Positions 57,161 to 64,000 of a stretch of 64,000 bases of DNA are shown piece by piece. Location: positions 1 to 64,000 of IMG/VR virus record IMGVR_UViG_3300033233_000027; one strand, written 5' to 3'. The position numbers and the translations under genes are program-made. The notes beneath the pieces were generated by a model that was not told where the DNA came from, did no database searches, and worked only from the letters and a program-made list of their open reading frames with translations. This DNA comes from a virus. Numbering within the stretch: the stretch's first letter is position 1; each line of letters begins with the position of its first letter.

Positions 57161-57654
57161 GCTCGCTTCCAGTCCATCCCGACACTGAATCTGGCTGGAG
57201 ATCCACCGCGCCTTGCTATGGAGTTCTCCTTTTTTGCTGCCCGCTCTGCGGCAGTAAGGCACTCGTGGCGGGTGAATACCTTCCCCACCCTACCGGGCTG
57301 TTGAATCACCCAGACAATCCACACTTTCTTCATAGTCTGCTCCTTCTATGACCTTCGGCCTTTGCGGTGCTCAGTGCGATCAAATCCTTCTGCGATCTCA
57401 GCCGCTACGATTAACGCCTTCGATAATGTCCGCATATAAACGGGCGACTGGCCTCCTGTCGCGCAACAGTTTATTTCTGCCACTAATGGCCTGTCGATTA
57501 GGTCGACGTAAGTACGGCGCTGGACTCGTACTGTCGGAAGGGCTCCGTCGCTTGGAAGAAACACCTCAACGTATCCACTGCCATCTTTTTCCAGACGCCA
57601 TTCTGTCTTGAACCCACAGATATTTTTTCGCACTAGGGACATCTCTTCACCTTC

Positions 57655-57966
57655 CTAGTCTTTGATGTATGGGTTGTAGACGCACTGACACTTCGGCCAT
57701 TCCTCTGTGGTCCAAACCTTCGCGTTGTAGCTAACGCGAGCGATGACCTTGCCTTCTCCGTCACGTACAACGCCATCAGATAGCTGCGAACCGCCTAATC
57801 CAGAACGGTCACGGATCACCTCGTACTTCTTGGATGCGTCGACCATGTTCTCGACTGGGAATCGACGCCCATTCACTTCCATCAGGTACTGGGATGCGCC
57901 ACTCACCTTCATTGCAGCAGCCATGTCGCTTCCCTCCGTTCCGTTCCTTCCGTTCATTCTCTTCAC
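57655..57966 (-). CDS. Conserved phage early-type hypothetical protein
   Basis: G.G.S....G.V....G..IARVSYN.KVW motif; first gene behind a strong promoter. Confidence 0.75.
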   Translation of the reverse strand: MKRMNGRNGTEGSDMAAAMKVSGASQYLMEVNGRRFPVENMVDASKKYEVIRDRSGLGGSQLSDGVVRDGEGKVIARVSYNAKVWTTEEWPKCQCVYNPYIKD

Positions 57967-57972
57967 ACTAAT

Positions 57973-58020
57973 AGTATACGATTAACAGGCCGCAGTGTCA
58001 ACCGAAATCGTATACGATTT
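57973..58020 (-). promoter_or_regulatory. Near-consensus sigma70 promoter with upstream 16-bp palindrome
   Basis: TTGACA-N17-TATACT (58001-57973); AAATCGTATACGATTT at 58005-58020. Confidence 0.85.
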
Positions 58021-58035
58021 GTCAGATTGTTTCCG

Positions 58036-58212
58036 CTACTGGCCAGAATGTCCAGCGCGTCCCATCAGACTAACGATCTGTCTGCACCCAGTAGAGCAAT
58101 AGACGCGTGGGCGCCGCTCGTGCCAATGCCGCTGGAATGTGGCACCGCATCCTGGGCGAGCGCACTGTCCCACGCGAGCGTTGTCGTCTTTCTCCGAATC
58201 TCGCTTCTTCAT
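58036..58212 (-). CDS. 58-aa CGNR-like zinc-finger protein
   Basis: Not in ORF track: MKKRDSEKDDNARVGQCARPGCGATFQRHWHERRPRVYCSTGCRQIVS...; ATG 8 nt after TATACT. Confidence 0.7.
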   Translation of the reverse strand: MKKRDSEKDDNARVGQCARPGCGATFQRHWHERRPRVYCSTGCRQIVSLMGRAGHSGQ

Positions 58213-58510
58213 CTCTTAATAGTATACGTTTCTATCGGTCACTTGCACCAAAAAAATCGATGAGCATCATCGCTTCCTGTGGATCCGCTCAAATCGCTCA
58301 AGATCACGCCCCGAGGCCGTGCGGGCCGTGGATCGGCATGGGCCTATTTCACAGTAGGCGCAGCGTTTTGGAGCCCCATAGGAGCAGCAATCGCATCTCT
58401 TGTAGCCGCAGGGGCCCCGGCCGCAGAGGTGCTTCAGTCGACCGTGACCGCACTTCCTACAAGAATCCGTAGTCTTGGCCACTGACTTCACCTTTCAACC
58501 ATTCTGCGAA

Positions 58511-58822
58511 TCATCCCTTCGGTGCCTTGCCTTTTTTGTTCTTACGCACGAAACGGATTCCCCAGGCCGTCAACTGGTACTTTTTCGCTGGCCGACCTCC
58601 AGTGCTCTTTAGTTCGCCGGCCAGCTTGAGATATCCCCATCTCCGAAACGTAGAGATCCACCCAGCCGCAATAGCAGTCGCGCCGCTCTTTTCCGTCCGT
58701 TCAATCCCAAGAGTATCCGTGAGATCCCTAGCAGTGAACGGAACAGGCTCGTTCTGTACGCCATTGGCACCGACTCTGAGCCAATTGGTCCGAATCAGGC
58801 CTAGGATCTCGTACCAGTCCAT
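58511..58822 (-). CDS. Winged-HTH transcription regulator
   Basis: FTARDLTDTLGI...WISTFRRWGYL.......GGRPAKKYQLT wing motif. Confidence 0.75.
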   Translation of the reverse strand: MDWYEILGLIRTNWLRVGANGVQNEPVPFTARDLTDTLGIERTEKSGATAIAAGWISTFRRWGYLKLAGELKSTGGRPAKKYQLTAWGIRFVRKNKKGKAPKG

Positions 58823-58830
58823 ATAACCCC

Positions 58831-58879
58831 ATTATAGCCGCAAAACAGCCTACTATCAAGTATTATACTTAAAAGTATA
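58831..58879 (-). promoter_or_regulatory. Sigma70 promoter with upstream inverted repeat
   Basis: TTGATA-N17-TATAAT (58859-58831), 8 nt to ATG; TATACTT-NN-AAGTATA at 58864-58879. Confidence 0.8.
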
Positions 58880-58989
58880 CTCCTGCACAGAATTGGAATT
58901 CTGTGCCGAGATCCTCCCCATGGGCGTCCTTTGGGCTCCGGGGGTGGGGTTTGGGGCCAATGGGGCCTTCCTAGGTAGCCAGACCATGG

Positions 58990-60432
58990 CTAGGACTTCC
59001 TCAGCTGTTCTGCTTGCGTCGGGATCGCGCTTACCGATTCGATTCTCTGACCAATCCAACCCATCACTGGAACGGCCATTGAGTTTCCAAGTGCCTTGTA
59101 TCGCGGTCCATCGGAGGCTGGTTTCTTTCGATAAGGAACATCCGTGTAGTTATCAGGGAATCCCTGGAGTCGTTCGCACTCACGCGGCGTCAGACGGCGT
59201 ACGCTCATTCCAGCTCGCACTCTCGTACCTACTGGGTCATGGCCTGGTCCGTTTGCTCTAAGAGTTCCAGCCGTGCCATATTCTCGGCATCCACTCTGCC
59301 CTTCCTGCATCGCAACTGCTGGTGCATGGGCTCCCGCCGCGAGCGGATGGCATGGACCGCCAACCTTTGGATCTGATCGATTCGCCTTGCTCGTCACTTG
59401 CGTTGTATCAAAAGCCAGAACTCCATTTCCATTATCCTTAGCCCCTAAAGGTTGCGCTAAGTCATGCGAGTCAAGCGAGTGGACGATTATAGGTGTTCCT
59501 CTTCCTGTGCCATCCTCGCTTCCATCGTATCCATCCCCTTTGAGTGCGTGGGTTACATCAGGCACATCTCCAGTCAAAATAGCTCCTGGCCCTTCAGAGG
59601 TTAGCGCATCCGTCACCTGGGCATACGGTTTGATTCCTACTTGGTTGCTGGATTGGCTGTTTCTTATTTGTCTAGGATGGATATAACCAGGTTCTGGAGT
59701 CACCAGTAGCGGCGCCCCGTCCCCGTCCCCGTCCGATGATGGGCCCTTGAAGTCTCTCGACTTGATAGCAGGACTTACTTCTGGGATGTAGGTTGCGCTA
59801 TCTTCTCTGTGACTGTCATTGCTGCGGCCTCTAAGGCTGTGCGCAATGCCATCGGGAGTTCCTTTCCTCGCTTCGCGGCTCGGCGGAGGATTCCCTTGCA
59901 GGCTGTCGCGCTCAAAAAGAACCGCTGCGGCACATCGCCAATCTCCAAGATGTCCGACAACGAACACGCGGCGCCTTCGCTGGGGAACTCCGAAGAATTG
60001 AGCGTCCAGTATTCGGTAGGCCCACCCATACCCGAGTTGCCCCAACCCTCCGACAAAGGAACCAAAGTCCCGTCCTCCCTCGCTTGACAGTACGCCAGGC
60101 ACGTTCTCCCAGACCACCCAGTTGGGGCGTAGGCGGTCAACAATTGCAAGAAAGACGAGGGCCAGGTTGCCACGCGGATCAGCCAGCCCTTTTCTAAGTC
60201 CTGCGACTGAGAAACTTTGACAGGGGGTTCCTCCCACGAGAAGGTCAATTGACTCATGTGGCCACTCCTTGAACTTCGTCATGTCCCCATAGTTCGGCAC
60301 ATTCGGATAGTGACGCTTCAGGACTGCGTTCGGGAAGGCATCAATCTCAGAGAAAAACACTGGAGTCCAGCCTAACGGATGCCAAGCGGAACTCGCCGCC
60401 TCAATGCCAGAGCATACGCTTCCGTATCTCAT
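58990..60432 (-). CDS. dcm: DNA (cytosine-5) methyltransferase
   Basis: Start MRYGSVCSGIEA (motif I), GGTPCQSFS (IV), WENVPG (VI), PQRRRRVF (VIII), RRLTPRECERLQGFP (IX), KALGNS (X). Confidence 0.95.
   Translation of the reverse strand: MRYGSVCSGIEAASSAWHPLGWTPVFFSEIDAFPNAVLKRHYPNVPNYGDMTKFKEWPHESIDLLVGGTPCQSFSVAGLRKGLADPRGNLALVFLAIVDRLRPNWVVWENVPGVLSSEGGRDFGSFVGGLGQLGYGWAYRILDAQFFGVPQRRRRVFVVGHLGDWRCAAAVLFERDSLQGNPPPSREARKGTPDGIAHSLRGRSNDSHREDSATYIPEVSPAIKSRDFKGPSSDGDGDGAPLLVTPEPGYIHPRQIRNSQSSNQVGIKPYAQVTDALTSEGPGAILTGDVPDVTHALKGDGYDGSEDGTGRGTPIIVHSLDSHDLAQPLGAKDNGNGVLAFDTTQVTSKANRSDPKVGGPCHPLAAGAHAPAVAMQEGQSGCREYGTAGTLRANGPGHDPVGTRVRAGMSVRRLTPRECERLQGFPDNYTDVPYRKKPASDGPRYKALGNSMAVPVMGWIGQRIESVSAIPTQAEQLRKS
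59775..60257 (-). CDS. Nested alternative-frame ORF inside the MTase (putative second MTase polypeptide)
   Basis: 160 aa, upstream AAGGAG; SLSDILE..VPQRFFLS..AC.GILRRA.KRGK. Confidence 0.6.
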   Translation of the reverse strand: MSQLTFSWEEPPVKVSQSQDLEKGWLIRVATWPSSFLQLLTAYAPTGWSGRTCLAYCQAREDGTLVPLSEGWGNSGMGGPTEYWTLNSSEFPSEGAACSLSDILEIGDVPQRFFLSATACKGILRRAAKRGKELPMALRTALEAAAMTVTEKIAQPTSQK

Positions 60433-60436
60433 CTGA

Positions 60437-61225
60437 CTAATCCGGCATTTCGCCAAGTACCTGGTCGACTCTTCCCTTGTTTGTATGCGTATACACCTTC
60501 GCCATCTCAAGACTAGACCAGCCAAGCCTCGCACGAACGTAATTCCAGTCTGCCCCATGAGCAATCAGTTGGCTCGCGTGGGTATGCCTCAGAATGTGAA
60601 CGAGAGAAGCCCGATCAGGCTTTACTTTGTCCAGGATGGCCTCGAGCTTAGATTGGATCGTCCGCGGAGCCGCCTTGAATATCATCTCTTGCGGATTGAG
60701 CCTAAGACAAATATGGATGAGTTCTATCATCGCAGCAGACTTGTTCCGAAGGTCTACCCGACGCTTTGGCCTCCCTGCCCTCTTGAGCGTAGGGATCCTC
60801 ACGATGGAAAGAGTACCCTTCGTGATGCTAACATCCTCGCGTCTCAGTAGAAGTGCCTCCCGCAGCCGGCATCCCGTAGCCGCGATGAACCGAATCGTCG
60901 AGCCGATTATTTTGCTGAGGGAGTGCGTCTCACGAAGAACGATCTTGAACTCCTGATCCGTCAGCACTTTTCTAGGATCAATGCTTCCATCTAGGAACTG
61001 TGCCGAAGCACCCTGCTTCCATTGGGACTTGCAGCACTTTTCTGAGCACGGAATCTTGTGCCCGTTATTAGACTCTGGCACACATCGATGCGAATGCGGG
61101 GTGCAAACCCTAGCTCTGTCGCCCACATTGAATCTGGCCATGTATTCGGAGCCACAGACATGGCATGTCGACACTTGGTTGTAGTCTGGATCTGTCCCTG
61201 CTGGGAGTCGAGACTTACGGCTCAT
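60437..61225 (-). CDS. Tyrosine recombinase/integrase with Cys-rich N-terminus
   Basis: ATGCRLREAL (R), K, HILRHTHA (HxxR), LGW, VYTH (Y). Confidence 0.92.
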   Translation of the reverse strand: MSRKSRLPAGTDPDYNQVSTCHVCGSEYMARFNVGDRARVCTPHSHRCVPESNNGHKIPCSEKCCKSQWKQGASAQFLDGSIDPRKVLTDQEFKIVLRETHSLSKIIGSTIRFIAATGCRLREALLLRREDVSITKGTLSIVRIPTLKRAGRPKRRVDLRNKSAAMIELIHICLRLNPQEMIFKAAPRTIQSKLEAILDKVKPDRASLVHILRHTHASQLIAHGADWNYVRARLGWSSLEMAKVYTHTNKGRVDQVLGEMPD

Positions 61226-61874
61226 TGCTTCCTACCCGGCTCCCACATTATCGAACGGCTTGCGGCTATGATCCTGATGGCGAGCCACTCTGGATCCGTA
61301 TGACCATCTTCGGCCGCAATCGTCTCGACCATGTTCTCTGCCTCGTCTTGCTCGATCGCGTACTGGCGAGTCTGCGAGTAGATCCGAAGGATCTTGTCGA
61401 ACGCCTCTCTCGAAACGACGCCATGAAGATTGATCGCCCTTCCCCGTTCCCCATTGGGATCCTTGATCTCGCCCTGCCATTGTCGGGTGATGCGGTAGTG
61501 AGCCAGCACCGTTGGACGCTGGCAGGACGAGGCCAAGAATCCCGTGGTCTGGCTGGCTCACTGCGGGGGAGTGTATCTGGATGTGCCTGAGCCGTCAAGT
61601 GGGCTGCACAGAATGGCCCAAACGTGAACTTCAGAAGGCTCGCCCTCTAGCCACTCTTTTTAGCCCATTCCATCGGAAATGGCCGCACTCTCCAGCTCGA
61701 GCGGAGCGGGCATCATCCCACCGTCTAGCGAGCTCTAGGTCGGCTGGACGCTCCCAGGAACGCCAGCAGGGAATGCAGTACCACACATTCGACTCCTGCG
61801 GCCTCCTGAGGCCTTCCCAGCCACAGCAAGGGCACAACACCTCTCCTCCGTGTCGCTAATCTCACCTTTCATGA

Positions 61875-62288
61875 CTACGGCTCATTGCTCATCAGGTAAC
61901 TATTGTAGGAATCGTTGATGTCTTCAGTCCCGCCACATTGTTCCCGCAGTAGAAAGTACGTATCAGTCCACTCCTTTGATGCGCTTGCGGTCAGCCTCAA
62001 TGGACCAGCAGCGTTGATGTCGCAATGGTGAATCGCACAGATAGGCCTTAGATGCGCTGGGGCGGTGCATCGGTTATCTGGACCCATGAGAGGAAACTCT
62101 GGATGCCCCGTGGTTGGAAGAGTTACGCCACGCTTCTTTGCGAACGCCAATGCCATCTTGCAGTATTGGCGCTCGCAGCATCTGTACGTACTTGGGTGCT
62201 TACACAGTTGGTCGCAGGCCGACCGTGTATGTTCCGCAATCCTCTCGTAGGCTTCGGCCTTTCCTCCAAATTCCTCTGAGTTTTTCAT
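61875..62288 (-). CDS. YkgJ-like Cys-cluster protein
   Basis: C...C......CC....C...RC.....LRPICAIHHC. Confidence 0.65.
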   Translation of the reverse strand: MKNSEEFGGKAEAYERIAEHTRSACDQLCKHPSTYRCCERQYCKMALAFAKKRGVTLPTTGHPEFPLMGPDNRCTAPAHLRPICAIHHCDINAAGPLRLTASASKEWTDTYFLLREQCGGTEDINDSYNSYLMSNEP

Positions 62289-62304
62289 CGCATCGCATCA
62301 CAAA

Positions 62305-63177
62305 CTAGATGAAGTCGTGGGTAAGGACAGCCGTAAGGTTGGAATCAACCAGGGACGAACTTTCAAGGAACATACTCACCAGATCAGTGTCAACAACTGG
62401 AACGATATCAGCAAACGAAAATACCCCCGTGGTTGCGGCTGGAATTGCCAGGCTAGCTTGAGTAACGCCATTAACCCTAACACGAATTGTCCCAGAGACT
62501 GTCGCCGTGTTTATTGCTACGAAGGCACGGAAGTTTTTCAGGTTTCCAGCCCGATTGGTAGGCCATTGGAACTTGGATTCAACCAGATCTCCGCTGGCGC
62601 CGGTTACTCCAGTGACCGTAGTTAAGTAGCTGTTTGTCGTGGTCACAGGGAATGGAGGCTTCGTGCCGATATTGACCGTGGTGGCCCCGCTATAGATGAC
62701 AGGACCGTCGCCACCGCCTGTAGTTCCAGGTCCCTGTACGCCCTGAATTCCCTGCGCTCCTTGGGATCCCTGTGTGCCTTGGGCACCTTGGCTTCCTTGG
62801 GCTCCTTGTGGACCAAGATCACCCTGGGCACCTTGCGGGCCAAGATCCCCCTGAGCGCCCTGAGATCCTTCTGGCCCTTGCGTTCCCTGTGGCCCAAGAT
62901 CGCCTTGTGCGCCTTGCGGACCAAGATCTCCCTGATTGCCTTGTGATCCTTCGGGTCCTTGTATCCCCTGCGGTCCAAAATCGCCTTGTGCGCCTTGCGG
63001 ACCAAGATCTCCCTGATTGCCTTGTGATCCTTCGGGTCCTTGTACTCCTTGTGGACCTCCAGACGGGCCTTGGTTGCCTTGATTGCCTGAAATACCTGGA
63101 GTACCTTGCGCACCGCGGCCACCACCGCCGATCCTGAAGCCGCCACCGCCTACAGGAATTGGAAAACCAGGGCCCAT
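62305..63177 (-). CDS. Collagen-like fibre protein with beta head domain
   Basis: [13 protein letters not shown], long Gly-X-Y run (mostly GxQ), C-terminal beta domain; SD GGAGG. Confidence 0.92.
   Translation of the reverse strand: MGPGFPIPVGGGGFRIGGGGRGAQGTPGISGNQGNQGPSGGPQGVQGPEGSQGNQGDLGPQGAQGDFGPQGIQGPEGSQGNQGDLGPQGAQGDLGPQGTQGPEGSQGAQGDLGPQGAQGDLGPQGAQGSQGAQGTQGSQGAQGIQGVQGPGTTGGGDGPVIYSGATTVNIGTKPPFPVTTTNSYLTTVTGVTGASGDLVESKFQWPTNRAGNLKNFRAFVAINTATVSGTIRVRVNGVTQASLAIPAATTGVFSFADIVPVVDTDLVSMFLESSSLVDSNLTAVLTHDFI
62711..63035. repeat. 325-bp direct repeat, second copy 63676..64000
   Basis: Manual alignment shows about nine substitutions and no indels. Confidence 0.92.
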
Positions 63178-63281
63178 AAATCCTCCCCGCCTCTCTTAAT
63201 AACCAGGCTAAAATTCTAAATTATTTCTGCCGAACTCCAACTAGGTCACCTCTCTCGCCTTTCGTTATCTACCTAAAGTGC

Positions 63282-64000
63282 TCAACTCGGAATGAACCTA
63301 GAAGACATCTGAATACTTGTCACGCTCCCCGCCCCAGCAGCCGTCGCATCCATGACAAAGCTGAATTTGTCGTTAGCCGAGACAGCAATATCCGTGGTGA
63401 TAGACAGGTCGCCGTCTGTCCCTGCGGGATACGTCACGGTCAAGGCCGTCGCCACGCCGTTCAAGAAGACAGTAACGACAAAATCGCCGCTTAACGTGTT
63501 GTCGCCAGCTACGATAGAGACAAGGAGATCCTTGAGCGTGCCCATTGGGAGAGGGATTCGGTAACGTGAATATGGAAAGGTTTGGAGACCAAAACCGCCA
63601 TCAAAAAGTGTCCCCTCTACTACTGAACCTGAACTGATAGTTGATACTACGGCAAGAAGCGGAATGATCCCGCCGCCACCGCCTGTAGTGCCAGGTCCCT
63701 GTACGCCCTGAATTCCCTGCGCTCCTTGGGATCCCTGTGCGCCTTGGGCACCTTGGCTCCCTTGGGCTCCTTGCGGACCAAGATCACCCTGAGCACCTTG
63801 CGGGCCAAGATCCCCCTGAGCGCCCTGAGATCCTTCTGGCCCTTGCGTTCCCTGTGGCCCAAGATCGCCTTGTGCGCCTTGCGGACCAAGATCTCCCTGA
63901 TTGCCTTGTGACCCTTCCGGTCCTTGTATCCCCTGCGGTCCAAGATCGCCTTGTGCGCCTTGTGGACCAAGATCTCCCTGATTGCCTTGTGATCCTTCGG
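63282..64000 (-). CDS. Collagen-like fibre protein, 5' end outside window
   Basis: Frame open upstream of 63545: ...[22 protein letters not shown]...TFPYSRYRIPLPMGTLKD; head paralogous to 1513..2565. Confidence 0.9.
   Translation of the reverse strand, partial: EGSQGNQGDLGPQGAQGDLGPQGIQGPEGSQGNQGDLGPQGAQGDLGPQGTQGPEGSQGAQGDLGPQGAQGDLGPQGAQGSQGAQGAQGSQGAQGIQGVQGPGTTGGGGGIIPLLAVVSTISSGSVVEGTLFDGGFGLQTFPYSRYRIPLPMGTLKDLLVSIVAGDNTLSGDFVVTVFLNGVATALTVTYPAGTDGDLSITTDIAVSANDKFSFVMDATAAGAGSVTSIQMSSRFIPS

Noticed and set aside
62711-64000. Diversity-generating retroelement TR/VR pair
   Set aside because: Only about five of nine differences are at adenines, most are synonymous, they lie in the stalk rather than the head, and no reverse transcriptase is seen.

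Overview
A gene-dense bacterial dsDNA virus or provirus, most consistent with a tailless, membrane-containing (Varidnaviria-like) temperate virus. No terminase, portal, HK97 capsid, tape measure or tail gene is recognisable. Layout: (i) minus strand 1-14886: collagen-fibre and beta-rich genes, small acidic proteins sharing an N-terminal MAGE(M/L)xWxP tag, a 904-aa Pro-rich protein and a GT2-TPR glycosyltransferase. (ii) Plus strand 14966-42386: an initiator with internal iterons plus DnaB, a fatty-acid hydroxylase, an NTP-transferase, then a long morphogenesis operon. That operon holds a transglutaminase-like Cys-His-Asp enzyme, candidate jelly-roll capsid proteins, a lysis-like cassette containing a CheY-like receiver, many tail-anchored membrane proteins and small basic proteins; many of these carry basic leaders ending in (L/M/I)G. 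(iii) Minus strand 42434-64000: a ubiquitin-like protein, a catalytically dead paralogue of the transglutaminase-like enzyme, three HNH nucleases, tRNA-Gln(UUG), tRNA-Ile(UAU), a DUF4160/DUF2442 pair, a C5 methyltransferase with a nested alternative-frame ORF, a tyrosine recombinase and more collagen fibres. Paralogous fibre genes at both ends plus a single divergence and single convergence point suggest the window covers most of a circular genome. Best candidates for new biology: a Gly-motif leader/protease maturation system with a pseudo-enzyme partner, a lone viral ubiquitin-like protein, and the shared MAGE(M/L)xWxP tag. All family assignments are from motif recognition by eye; no searches were run.
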